Source: the human T2T-CHM13v2.0 reference genome, Homo sapiens
Assembly: GCF_009914755.1 (NCBI RefSeq)
Contig: NC_060938.1
DNA: 64,000 nt
Direction: 5' to 3' (one strand)
A program made the position numbers and the translations under genes. Shown one piece after another: positions 1-11,599 of the stretch. The notes under the pieces are model-generated. The model did not search any database, was not told where the DNA came from, and saw only the letters and a program-made list of their open reading frames with translations. Every line of letters begins with the position of its first letter. Within the stretch, counting starts at the first letter, position 1.

Positions 1-73
1 TTAAACCTCTTTGCTTTATAAATTACCCAGTCTCAGGTATTTCTTTATAGCCATGCGATAACAGACTAACACA
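1..73 (+). mobile_element. 3' end of a MaLR LTR (MST/MLT1-type), truncated by the window edge
   Basis: TTAAACCTCTTTGCTTTATAAATTACCCAGTCTCAGGTATTTCTTTATAGC...ACAGACTAACACA matches the MaLR LTR terminus. Confidence 0.85.
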
Positions 74-157
74 CTTCCTCGCTCCCTCCTTCTCTCCTTC
101 CCCATCCTTCCTCCCTCCCTCCCTCCCTTCCTTCTGTCCTTCCTTCCTTTCCTCCCC
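74..157. repeat. CT-rich low-complexity tract ((CCTT)n/(CCCT)n)
   Basis: Pyrimidine tract seen directly. Confidence 0.85.
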
Positions 158-254
158 AGGCATTTACTGAATACTCAGAAAGACTTGAACAGCACCATGT
201 TGACATCACTTCCTCCAAGTGACTTGTCCTGTGAGTTTGGAAAGGGAACACCCT

Positions 255-480
255 TGTCCTAGGAAATAAGTTCAGGACTAGGAGACTGAAGCATGTCTGG
301 GGGCCCAGGTCTGCTATTAAAATCACTTTGTGACCCTCTGTCGGTCACTTAACCTGCTGTGCTGCTATTTGCTCATCTGTAAAATTGCTCTCCCTCTTGG
401 GCTTATTGTGAGGATAAAAGAAAATAATAGGTGCCAAAGTGCACTGAATGGTAAGAGTCTAATACTAAATCAAGTATTAT
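255..480 (+). mobile_element. MIR SINE
   Basis: Core-like TGTGACC...GTCACTTAACCT...CTCATCTGTAAAAT...TTGTGAGGATAAA. Confidence 0.7.
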
Positions 481-794
481 CATTTTAGAAGTTTATCCCT
501 GAGTAGTGCTGACACTGACATATGGAAGTTAAAGCTGCAATTAGGGGTCTGCTTCATCTTTAATCCACCAATAATAAAGCATTCTCCAAGCAATGACCCA
601 ATTTCAAGTGCCCTATGGTTATTTGCAACTTTTTCTTCTTATTTTTGGTATAAGTATAGTAGCTTAAAATTTTTGAGGACAAATCCAATATCAACTAGTC
701 TGCAGTATTGCATCTTTAAGTATGCATTCAAAAAATGTACCAATAAAGCTATTAGGAGCCTTATTACTGGGTTTAGGTCTGTGTGATGGTTTTG

Positions 795-910
795 TTTAGT
801 TCAACAAATCTTTACTAAGGCCTGTTATGTGACAGATGCTGGGGATACAGAGATGGATAAAGCATATCCAAAACCTGAAGGAGCTAACTGCCTGGTAAGA
901 AAAGACAATT
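795..910 (-). mobile_element. L2 3' fragment
   Basis: TTCAACAAATCTTTACTAAGGCCTGTTATGTG...GCTGGGGATACAGAGATG is the reverse complement of the L2 3' end. Confidence 0.6.
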
Positions 911-969
911 AAGAAAATGTGTTCTAAGCAATGGGGGGATATAATTAAAGCATCTCTCCTTTAGTAAAC

Positions 970-1130
970 AAACATTACATGCTAGGCATAGTGCTAGAAC
1001 TTTTCATAAGTTATTATTTTTATACATTCCAATAAAATAATGAGATAGGTAATTTTACATTCATTTTCAAATGAGGCCTTTGAAACCTCAGAAATGTTGA
1101 GTAACTTGGTCAAGATCTCACAGCTAATTG
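970..1130 (-). mobile_element. MIR SINE
   Basis: CATTTTCAAATGAGG...GAGTAACTTGGTCAAGATCTCACAGCTAA. Confidence 0.65.
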
Positions 1131-1775
1131 GTTTTGGCAGGATACAATTTGGCCTCCTGACTTATAGATGCTACAAGGAAACAGAGGAAATCCCCCAAGG
1201 AGGACCAGAAAAGCAACTAAAGAACTGCACTGAAGTTTAAATTGAACAATGCACTTGTCTAGTGCTGAGGGTTGGGACAGATTTTCTTTAATAGATGCAG
1301 TGGTATTACATCTTGATTTTGGAAAACAAACTAAATATTGATCAAAAAAGCTGTATCATCATCTTGATATTTCTAAGACACAAGCAGATATAGGTAACTC
1401 TAAAATTTTCATAAACAAAATCTCAGATGTTTAAAATAAAAAATAAAATGACTTTTTTCATGAAAACCGTACATTTGGTAAACCAAACTAATCAAGCATT
1501 CACTGAATGAGTAGGCGCCTATTATATATTCTATTCTGACCATAAAATTAACAAAGACCAGTTCAGGCTAGCACTGTCATTTGTGTATTTCTTGCATTTA
1601 CAATATTCTTTACTGACAGTTTTGAGACTTGGGTAAATCAGAGATGTTTCCTTAGTCTCCCGATAATTACATATTCCCAAAACTCCGCAGTGAGAAGTGA
1701 GAACTTCATTGCTTTACCTGATATCTTTACACTTTATTGTCATAAATGCACTTTGAAAATAATAAGCTTTTAAAT

Positions 1776-1969
1776 CAGGAATTGGCAAACAATGACTCAT
1801 GGGTGAAATCTGGACTGTGACTTATTTTTGTATGGCCTGCTAGAGCTAAGGGGTGTTTTTATATGTTTAAAAGATTTTTTTTTAAAGGGAAAACATAACA
1901 GAGACAATACGTAACCCATCAAACCTAAAATATTTACTCTATGTCCCTTTAAGAAGTTTGTTGACCTTG
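1776..1969 (+). mobile_element. MER58-family hAT-Charlie MITE
   Basis: CAGGAATTGGCAAAC...CCTAAAATATTTACT...AAGTTTGTTGACCTTG, with a decayed 8-bp TSD (TTTTAAAT/CTTTAAGT). Confidence 0.75.
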
Positions 1970-2074
1970 CTTTAAGTTATAATAAGTAGTTATTTTCTCA
2001 GGGAAGGGCAAGTTTTCAAGCAGAAGAGAGAAAGGCTTTTGGGCCCTGGGTATATATATTTCTCACCCACTGAG

Positions 2075-2474
2075 TGTAAGGTTCTCCCCGGGGCCCGAAA
2101 GCTTAAGGAGATGAATAACTCCTCCCTTCTCAGGCCCAGTCCCAAGGCACAAGGCCACCTGTGTCAGCAGCATACGTCAGCAGTGTGCACCAGCAACATA
2201 GCAGGAGCAGGAAAAGAGCCGGCCGGAAGACACGTACCCCTGAAGATCCAGAAAGAGGCCATCCGGTTACAACATAGCAGTTATGTCAGACTAAGACACT
2301 TCCTATTTACAGGAGACTATAAAACCTTTGTCCCATCCTCACTTGGTGTTGATGCCATTTTAGGCCTCAGCCCGCCCACACCCAGGCGCTCATTAAAACA
2401 GCATGTAGCTCCACACCACCTCGTGTTGTCTGTTGGCTCCCTCTCGGGGTTTGAACCGATACAAGAACCTTACA
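2075..2474 (+). mobile_element. Solo ERV LTR, class III (LTR18-like; family tentative)
   Basis: TG...CA ends with a perfect 11-bp terminal inverted repeat TGTAAGGTTCT/AGAACCTTACA; 5-bp TSD CTGAG (2070-2074, 2475-2479); TATAAAA and ATTAAA signals in order. Confidence 0.85.
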
Positions 2475-2758
2475 CTGAGGAGCAGTGGGAACCAGACAGG
2501 TGCGCCACTCAGCTCTCCCTCCAGAAGAGAACTTGCCCTTACATGGAGTGTAGTCTCTGCCTGGGACTCTTCCAATATCTGCCCTGGCTTTTAGGCTGAG
2601 GCCTTGCTCTTCCTGGGCAGCCTCAATGTCTGACATGACAGTGTCAAATGGGTTATCCTAGGATAAACGGCTTTACTCACAATTTAACATGAGACTAGAC
2701 ATAAGAGGTGAGCAAGAAAAGAAATAAGATATTAAGATAATTTGGGGAGAGTGAAGTA

Positions 2759-2985
2759 CAGTTGTTTCTCGGTGGTATACTAAGGGTTTGGTTTCAGGAC
2801 TTCTCCCATACTCAAATCCATGCATCCTCAAGTCCCTCAGTCAGCCCTGAGGAACCTGTCTATGTGAAAAGTATGGAGCTGCCTATCTTATGAATACTAT
2901 ATTTTTCAATATGCATTTGGTTGAGAAAAATGTACATATAAGTGAACCCACACAGTTCAAATCCATTTTGTTTAAGGGTCAACTG
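2759..2985 (+). mobile_element. MER8 (TcMar-Tigger MITE)
   Basis: CAGTTG...CTCAAGTCCCTCAGTCAGCCCTGAGGAACC...AAGGGTCAACTG with TA TSD. Confidence 0.85.
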
Positions 2986-3033
2986 TATAATTTTGCTTGA
3001 ACATTGTATGACAGTCAGTTGCATAAACTAAGC

Positions 3034-3316
3034 CAGGCTTGTCAGATTTGGAAAATAAAAATATGGGAAACCCAGTTAAATTTGAATTTCAGATAAACAA
3101 ATCTTTTAGTATATGTACATTTCTTAGCATAATTTCTGAAAGGGGAGTGCTGAGTGTATATGGCGTGTAAAAGGAGTTCTGTACTAATTAAAAAATATAT
3201 TTGTATAAGTGTGTCCCAAATATTGCATGAGACATTCTTATACTGAAAAATTATTCACTATTTCCATGACATTTAAATCCAACTACATATGTCCTACATT
3301 TTGTCTGGCAACTCTA
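3034..3316. mobile_element. MER53 palindromic hAT MITE interrupted by an ~89-nt insert
   Basis: CCCAGTTAAATTTGAATTTCAGATAAACAA...GTCCCAAATATTGCATGAGACA...TCTGGCAACTCTA. Confidence 0.8.
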
Positions 3317-3534
3317 GCTGTAGTGTTATCTGCTTAATACTATTAAAATCATTAAAACATGAATCATATCTTAATTCATCAGAAAAACTAGTCTTTTAAA
3401 GTTGAATGGGAATTTGATATTCTTTTGTCTATCATATTTATTTTAAATGAGGGAACTCAGGCCTGGAGTAGGTGTCTTGTTATGCGTAATAGAGCAAGTT
3501 AACTTCAGAACCGTGTTTAAATCCAGTGTGCTCT

Positions 3535-4093
3535 TGTTACCGGAAAGGGGTCCTGATCCAGACCGCAAGAGAGGGTTCTTGGATCTTGCACAAGAAAGAA
3601 TTTGGGGCAAGTCCACAGAGTAAAGTGAAAGCAAGTTTATTAGAGAAGTAAAGAAACAAAAGAATGGCTTCTCCATAGAGCAGGGCGTTCCCGAACACCC
3701 CACCTTAGGCACAATGCTTGTTTATACATAAGATAACAAAGCCAAAAAAAAAAAAAAGTCATGGGGGAAATGTGCTCTATTACAAGGGCTAGTGACAAAG
3801 GATTCTTAAACTTTGTGTAACTACTGACTTTCACAAGAATCTCTATTGTTGTCTTTAAAGCAAAACTTAAACTACAAGTACTTTGTCCTTAAGATATTGG
3901 AACATCAGGACATTTCCTGGATCTGTGAAGTCTTGAGTCTGTTTAATAAACATTATTAATCTGTTACCTTTAAAATAAATATCTTGTGACTAAGAATGCC
4001 TAACCTTCTGGGAATGAAGCCCAGTAGGTATCAGCCTCATTTTCCGCAGCCCTTATTCAAGATGGAGTCACTCCAGTTTGAATGCCTCTGACA
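3535..4093 (-). mobile_element. MER41-family solo LTR (ERV1)
   Basis: Minus strand begins TGTCAGAGGCATTCAAACTGGAGTGACTCCATCTTGAATA and ends GGACCCCTTTCCGGTAACA; 4-bp TSD CTCT (3531-3534, 4094-4097). Confidence 0.9.
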
Positions 4094-5000
4094 CTCTAAC
4101 TTCCGGTTCAGAGTTCTTTCTACTCCATTATCAGTCCCCTTCCAAAAGGACACATTTCGGGCACCTGTGATTCTTTTGAGCTTCATTTGTTCCCTTTTAT
4201 TTCTATCCTCTTTCTTATCAAATAGGTCTTTATCATGAGCTGGCTTTTTTGTTTTTGTTTACACATAGAATATGAATAGTTAGTACATTTCACAAAATAT
4301 TATACCTGTCTGCTTGGATCTGTACATCTACATTTCTATTTTCAACATTACAATGGTTGTTGTAAAAAGTTCAGAAAATATAAAACAGTACAAAGAAGAA
4401 AATACAAACTACTTATAAGTTCTATGTTTGCAGATAGCTAATACAAACATTTTGGTGGGATTTTTTAATTTTGTATTAAAAAGAATATTGACATAACATT
4501 TGCTCTAAATAAATATAACCTCTATAGACACATATAATTATATAAAATATGCATTACATATTTTATATATTTAATGTTATATTTATTTTAATATATTTTA
4601 TGTAAACCAAAAATAAAATTCTAAGCCCCAAAACCTTCTAAATGGACGCTTCTCTTGGCCAAGGGCATTACAGAGTTAACCTGAAAAACTAGTTCAGGCC
4701 TTGATAGAAGAGGGGATCTCCTACATGGCTCATTATACCCTCCACCATTGACATCTACACAAACCTTAAGTCTGATGATAAATATTTACAATCTATTCTC
4801 TCTGAAGCCTGCTACTTGGAGGCTTCATCTGCATAACAAAACCTTGGTCTCCACACCCCCTTATCTTTCCTTTCTACTGATAATAACTCTTTTAACCAAT
4901 TGCCAATCGGGAAATTTTTAAATCTACTTATGACCTGGAAGCTTGCTGCCCACCGTTTTCACCTCAAAATTGTCCCGCCCTTTAAGATTGAACCAATATA

Positions 5001-5417
5001 AATCTTGGGAGTGACTGGAAATATGATAATGAGGTTCCTAGGCTTCCTGCTCCTAACCTGATACTAGTTGTGACTCCCAGGGCTGCTAATAAGGAAATGA
5101 ACTGTATTGCTCTTTTTGGGCTGTTATGTAACCTAGCAGGGACAGGGAGTTCTTGGTTTGGAGGGACAAGGTTAACTTTGGGGGTAAGGTAGACCAGGGT
5201 GCAAGTGCCTGTCCGGTTGGTAGGGAGACAGAAATAGGTTGTGGATCCACAGAGGAAGAAGATGCCTGAGGTGTTAATGCAAACAGACAAATGGATTGAG
5301 AATAGGTGTTGGAGTGTGTAGGTTCCTCACTGGAGAGTCTCAGTTCAGCCTTGGCAACCCAGAGTGAGGAGAAAAGAGGGAGTCCTTCATAACGGGGGTG
5401 ACAGGTTAATTTAGTAA
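5001..5417 (-). pseudogene. env: Class I ERV env fragment: SU C-terminus, furin-like site and fusion peptide (inverted)
   Basis: Translates ...HLFSIHLSVCINTSGIFFLCGSTTYFCLPTNRTGTCTLVYLTPK...SPKR/AIQFISLLAALGVTTSIRLGAGSLGTSLSYFQSL, typical of HERV-H/F/W-group env. Confidence 0.9.
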
Positions 5418-5419
5418 CC

Positions 5420-5968
5420 TTCCAATCATCACTAGATGAAATCACAGACTCCATCACTCACCTCCAAAACCAACTAGACTCCTTAGCGGCAGTCACCCTA
5501 CAAAACCACAGAGTCCTTGACTTCCTTACCGCCGAAAAAGGAGGCCTATGCCTCTTTCTGGATGAACAGTGTTGTTTCTACCCAACCAATCCAGGTTAGT
5601 ACGAATGCTGTCAAAAAGCTCGAAGATTGAGCACAAAAACTTAAAGATAATCATCCCACCTGGCCCCAGTGGTTCCATGACTCCTGGGCACCCTGGCTAC
5701 TGCCTCTCCTAGGTCCTGCCATAATCTTCTTCCTCCTTTTAGCATTTGGATCTTGTCTCTTACGTCTCCTTACCCAGTTTTTACAGGACTGTATTAGAGC
5801 GTTCAGCCATGGAACAGTACAAGATATGAGCTGCTCCAAGAATACTGGCGGCTCCAGGAATGGAAGTCCCTATGACCCAGCCTCTCCCACAAACTGTCAC
5901 CCCTATCCAGCAAGAAGCAGCCAGATGAAAACGATGCTCCTCTTCTATTACCTATCAAAAGGCTGGAA
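5420..5968 (+). pseudogene. env: Class I ERV env TM subunit remnant (frameshifted)
   Basis: FQSSLDEITDSITHLQNQLDSLAAVTLQNHRVLDFLTAEKGGLCLFLDEQCCFY contains the immunosuppressive domain and CX6CC; later membrane anchor WLLPLLGPAIIFFLLLAFG; purine tract AAAAGGCTGGAA before the LTR. Confidence 0.9.
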
Positions 5969-6382
5969 TGCTAGGGACAAGCTGCCCCAGGGCCCCCCTG
6001 CCCTCAATGCTGCTGACCCTTACCCTAAATACTCTGCAGCTGCATTCCTGAACCCTTATCTAGGCACCACAGCAAGGTCACCAGAATTGCAGAGCAAAAC
6101 CCTGATTACAGCTCCCCCAAGTGGCACAGGGGAGGTCATGAGAAATGTGGATAAACCTAAGTTACACCCTCTTGTACATTCCTGTATTGTAAGCCAGTCA
6201 CGAGATGATATGTGGTAAAGTTAACTGACAACCCGAGGGTCTCTCTCCCCCATATAAACCCCTCATTTTGGACGCTCAAGCCTGCCTCCTCTGACTGTGG
6301 TAGAGCAGCCCGGCAGGTTAATAAACTTACTCGCTTGACCTTGGGTCTCTCTCTCTCATCCTTTCTCTCTGCCAAACTTACA
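5969..6382 (+). mobile_element. 3' LTR of the env-bearing ERV1 (HERV-F/H-related; family not assigned)
   Basis: TG immediately after the polypurine tract, TATAAA near 6253, AATAAA 6320-6325, CT-rich U5, ends CA. Confidence 0.8.
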
Positions 6383-6639
6383 GTATTGATTGATGTATTA
6401 TGTCCCCCTAAAATGTATAAAAACAAGCTGTACACTGACCAACTTGGGCATATATCATCAGGACCTCCTGAGGCTGTGTCACTGGTGTGTCCATAACCTT
6501 GGATAAATAAACTTTCTAAATTGATTGGGACCTGTTTCAGATACTTTTGACTTCATATTATATTATGTATAATAATCATATACATATTTATAAAATACAT
6601 ATTTACATATTTCTAATATATAAAAAACATATCTATATA

Positions 6640-7232
6640 TCTTATAACCTGTTCTTATAAATTAACATCTATATGTGTTTTTTCTTTGTTATCAAATATT
6701 TTCTACCACACAAGGCAATTAATGGCTAGATAGGGCCTCTATTACATGATTATACCATGTTTTATTCAACTACTTTTCTACGAAATACATAAATACATTG
6801 AGTTTCTTTTATTTCCCCTGATGGTGATTGATGCTTTGATGAACATTATTATAGATAAAACTTTGTACACTTTACTGATAATTTCCACATTTAAAGGGTA
6901 GACATAAATTTCTGAGTTATAGAGGGAGCTTGTTTTAAAAGCTATTGATTTATATTATCAAAATATTTTACAGAAAGTTTGGGCCAGTAAACAGCTGACA
7001 AGCAATGTAGAGTTGGCCTCTTTTCTGTACCTTTGTTAAGCATGTTTATTGGCAATTAAAAAAACATGTTCATGAGAAAATTAAAATGATTACATAGATT
7101 ATTTAATTTTTCATTTTGTTTCCAAAAGACAGGTAGAATTTTTTCATACATTTTTAGACCATTTGTACTTTTTCTATAGTGAATTGCTTACTTTTCTTTT
7201 TTGTTGTGTGTATGTATGTGTGTGTGTTTGTG

Positions 7233-7283
<51 letters not shown>

Positions 7284-7660
7284 TTTTTCTGTTAGAAAGT
7301 CAATTTTCTTACTAACTGGAATTTAAAAAATATATATTAAGGTTATTAATAATTTGTTTTATCATATGCCAGAAATATTTTCCTCTAGCTCATCAATAAT
7401 CTCTTAATTTTATTTGTGAATATTTTTATTATGCAGAAATTCTGAGTTTGTATGTAATCAAGTCTATCAATTTTTCTTTGAAGTTATACTGAAAAAAGTC
7501 ATGCTGGGAAAGTTACACCCTCCTTCATTTGCAAAATGTACTCATCAGTATTTTTCTTCATTTTTTAAATAAACAAATTGAAGTGTTTGCACTTAACTCT
7601 CTAACCCAGACCAAATTTATTTTGGTGTGCAGTTTTCTTCTTGATTTTTCTGATGTGAGC
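6640..7660 (-). mobile_element. Ancient L1M (L1ME-like) 3' fragments
   Basis: Degenerate antisense L1M motifs such as TGATGAACATT, CCATTTGTACTTTTTCT..GTGAATTGC, TATGTAATCAAGTCTATCAATTTTT. Confidence 0.55.
7205..7289. repeat. Compound (TG)n-(TA)~20-poly(T) microsatellite
   Basis: Seen directly. Confidence 0.95.
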
Positions 7661-8191
7661 ATTTTAAATGCAATTAAAGAAAAAAAAAGTCTGTAATAAA
7701 AATAGTTTTTTCACATACAGTCATTTTCTCCATTCCTGCACAGAAGTACATATGCAAAGAATGTGTAAATGTTATGGTCCCCAGGGAGATCTCAGGAGAG
7801 AACACTTCTTTAATGTCTTAATGCTTCAAAGGATCTGTGAACAAAGAAGGCTTTTCTTTTTCTATTGACCTATTATATTTGCATAATCTTTTCTGATGTC
7901 ACAGAGAAGAAGAGAGAAGACTTGTTCCGGCATCAGAAGGCAGAACTAGGACAGATGGGTGAAAGTTATACAGAGACAGAGTTCAGCTCAAAGTAGGGAA
8001 GACAATGCTGCCTAGAAGTCATTGTTCTTTTTACCTTCTCCAGTGCAGGTCTTCACTCAGAGGCTTGGTCTGGCATTCAGAGAAATGCCTTTATTAAGGA
8101 TGCTTTGTGATGTGAGTTAATGGATAGGTATTCTACCATCAAGAATCTGGGGTGGGAACAATGTCTTTTAGTTAAGTATTTTAAATCTTCC

Positions 8192-8738
8192 TGTTACGGT
8201 TGCTACTTATTATCCCAATAGCAGATACTTAAAACAAACATTTTACTTTGCTCACAATTTTGTGAGTCAGGAAGTGAGGGTAATTTTGGCTTGGGAGCTT
8301 TTGTGAAATTGCAGCTAGTTGTTGGCTGTTGCAGTTAGTAGTTAGTGGTTATGCAGTCATCTGAAGGCTCAAGTGGGCTGGATGTTTCAAAAGGTTCACT
8401 CATGACTGGCAGTGCATGCTGGCTGTTGGCTGGGAGCAGAGCAAAGGCTGTTGACCTGAGCTCCTGCATGTGGTCTCTCAAGCATATTGATCTCAGAGTA
8501 GCTATACTTCTACTTGGCACCTGGCCTCCCCCAGAGCAGGTATTCCAAGAGAATCAGGTGGAAGCTAAATGGTCTTGTCTGATTTAGCCTTGGAAGTCAC
8601 ATAGGATAACTTCTATCATACTCTGCTTGTCAAAACAGTCACAAACCTGCCCAGATTCAAGAAGAGAGAACATACACTCCATCTCTTATTGGGAAGAATG
8701 TAAAACAAATGTGAGAACATTTTTTAAAAACTGCCACA
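8192..8738 (-). mobile_element. MLT1 (MLT1H/I-like) MaLR LTR
   Basis: TTGCTCACAATTTTGTGAGTCAGGAA...CATGACTGGCAG...AGCCTTGGAAGTCACA...CCCAGATTCAAG...ACTGCCACA. Confidence 0.75.
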
Positions 8739-10552
8739 AATATTTATACACATTTTTACCCTGCCTCTTCTTCAACCATGGTTCTTGTTTTGTGGCTCCT
8801 CGTCTGTGTGACTCTACCAGCTTTGTTCCAATGCAGAAATACAGTTGGGGGGTGGGAATTAGCCAAAAGCAAACATATAATTTTTGTCTACAGGGCATTT
8901 CAAGCAAACCATTTAAAGAATTTTTTATCATAATTTTGCATTGAGTTACTGTCTTTTTTGGATAGATTTGTTAGACATCAAAAACATAATTGCATCCTAA
9001 ATTCATTATATATTCATTTATTTCCAGACAAAAGCTAATTTTTCTAGGAAGAGAGAGAGCAAATACTTCACATTGCATCAGGGTCTATTTACCTTCTCTA
9101 TGCCAGGGTTCTGAAGTTGACCCTGGTTGCTGGCCTATAACTCTCTGGAATGACCTGCTGAATCTACTGCCCCTTTATGGATTTCTGGGATTGACCATCT
9201 GTGACCACAGGCTTGGTTCAGCTCCCTTTGTTCAACATCCCTGGTGGGCAGGCTCTATAAGGAATGCTATAAGAGATTCCTTTCTTAGATGGGAGAATTA
9301 ACTAAATGCCTTCTAAGATTTGATATCCCTTGTATGCATACCTTTTAGAGCTTAGATAGTACGCTTATTTAAAGTGGAGAACACTGACTTGTGGATGAGT
9401 TTATGTAACTCACATAAGCATTGCCATAACCTGGGAGCTGAGGAATCAGGCAGGCAGCCCCTTCATTTGCTGTCTGGCTGCATCTGCAGAGCTGTGTGTC
9501 TGCTTTAATTAGGACACGTTTCCAGTTCCAGAAGGGTATGAATGCAGCATCTATTTGTTGGTTTGTGTCCCAATAACATCACAATGGCCTAGGGTTTATT
9601 TGCATCAACTGCTCTGGGGAGCGGATGACTTTTTGATTGTTACCTTGCTCAGTTTAGCTTGTCAGGGACCCACAGCAGTGGAAAGGGGAAGGAGTGAAGT
9701 TGTGTAACACAGGTGCAGTGCTGCTCTGTGCTGCAGCCTCTAAGGGGGTGGCAGCCAAGACCATGGGATTTGGTCTAATGAGACAGTGAAAACTAGATCC
9801 ATACAGTGAGTTAAATCTCCCTTTTTTGACCTGCTTTAAAGGCCTTCCTGCTGTTCAAGTTAAAAAAAAGAGTTAATGGATTGGGTAGAAAACTCTAGCT
9901 ATGATACATACACTGTAGGTTTAATATTCCATTTTAAAGGTCCATTTCTTTCAAATAAAACATATGTTTGCCTTTTTTTTTTTTTTTTTGCTCTATGATA
10001 TGTGGTCATCATCTAGGGATCAGAATTTGCCTTTGTAAGCCCAAATCCTTGTATTTACTCTTTGCTTCCTAATCTAGCCATTTGTTTTCATGCACTATCA
10101 TACTGGGGCTCCCATGCTTCCCAGGCAAGGAGACTGGTTCTTGCCCAAAACAGAAAAGATATTAAAGCTCTCTGGCATTAGCCAATAATGGTCTGACATT
10201 AAGGTCCTCCTGAGGACCTCTCACAACGTTCTGAGTCACAGTTACCCGAACTACCTCTTAGTTTTGCTGTTGATCCTGCACTGGCACTTGAAGCATGCCT
10301 AAATCCTCCTGCCTTTGCCCTTCTTTCCTTGAATTTATGACTTACTGCCTCTTAAGTCTCACTGTGACACCCAGAGATGCAGCCATTGAACACTGTTTGG
10401 CTGAAAGAGGATTTTTTTTCTTAGCATAGCAACATTCAGGAATATTTTTCTACCAAAGTAATGAATAGCAGAGTCCAGCATATTTCTCCACAGAAGCCAG
10501 GGGTTGGGGGTAAGATTGTACTTTATATCCTGTTGAGGTCTACAGTTCATTA

Positions 10553-11380
10553 ATTAGTTCAACACATGTATTTATTGAGTACTTAGTGTGTGCAAGGTGC
10601 TGGGACATAGCAAGAAAATTTCACGTCATGAAAAGTGCCATGAAGAATATTTATGCAAGACAACGTGACAGAGAGTGATTGGGGCCACAGAATTTACGTG
10701 GCCAGGGGTTGAGAAAACATTATAAATTCTGTGGCCAGGAAGGAGTTTTCTAAGAGAGTAGAGACCTGAATAGCAAGAAAGATTAGCCAGGCAGAGATGT
10801 GGGGGAAAGAAAATTCCAGGTAGATGGGGTGTGTAAAGGTCCTAAGGAGAGAAGGATCCTAACAAGTGCAAATGGCCAGAGGTGAAGTGAAACAAGGTAG
10901 AGAGTTTGCAGGAAGATCTTTTAAGGCCTTGTAGGCTAGGGTAAGAATTTCAACGTGTATCCTTAATGGTTATGCTAAGCCATTGGAGGTTTTTAAGTGG
11001 GTAAATGGTACAGTGTGAATTTATGTTGGGGCCAAGACTGGAAGCACAGAAGCCAGCTAAAAACCTACAAGAGTTTTTTTGGGTAAGAGATAATGGTGAA
11101 ATTCATGAGAGTATAGTATCTTCATTAGAAAGGAGTGGTTAAAGAATGGATGGGACTTGATGGATTTGGATGGTGAATGGTAAGAGAAAAAGCAGGATCA
11201 AGGATGGCTTCTAGGTTTTCAGTTTGAACAATTGAACAAGGTGGTGCCATTTACAGAGATGGGTGAGGCTGGAGGAGAAGCAAATTTGGAGAAAGCAAAT
11301 ACTGGCATTTAGAGTCTAGAGGAAAGACCAGATTTGGAAGTTTGCCATTATATATGGTATTTAAATCCATGAGATTATAT
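10553..11380 (-). mobile_element. L2 LINE
   Basis: TTCAACACATGTATTTATTGAGTACTT...GCCATTGGAGGTTTTTAAG...GGATCAAGGATGGCTTCTAGGTTTTC...GGTGCCATTTACAGAGATGGG. Confidence 0.8.
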
Positions 11381-11599
11381 GCAAATGGTTCTGCAATTGA
11401 AGTGTTAGAAGGAAAAGGCCAAGAGACAGGTAAGGAAATGATTTCTTAACTTAAAAAAAGAGGAGTCTGAGAAGTGGAAGAGCAAGAAAGAAATGGACTT
11501 CACCTGAAGCAGAAGGGATTATTGGAACTACACAGACACATGAACCAAACTGGACACCTGAGTGAAAACTAAAACAAACCTTATAAAGATCTTTTAAAA

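Larger units (their letters stand above)
4601..6555 (+). mobile_element. MER4-family LTR (MER4B/D-like) split into 4601-5006 and 6383-6555
   Basis: Start TGTAAACCAAAAATAAAATTCTAAGCCCC...GTTAACCTGAAAAACTAGTTCAGGCC; resumes GTATTGATTGATG...CCTAAAATGTATAAAAACAAGCTG...CTAAATTGATTGGGACCTGTTTCAGATAC. Confidence 0.85.

Noticed and set aside
2039-2599. 186-aa ORF
   Set aside because: Starts at TTG, runs through a solo LTR and has no recognisable homology
5001-5968. Domesticated syncytin-like env gene
   Set aside because: No signal peptide or most of SU, inverted and frameshifted; it cannot encode a functional Env
5826-6218. 130-aa ORF
   Set aside because: Out-of-frame end of env running into LTR U3; no protein features
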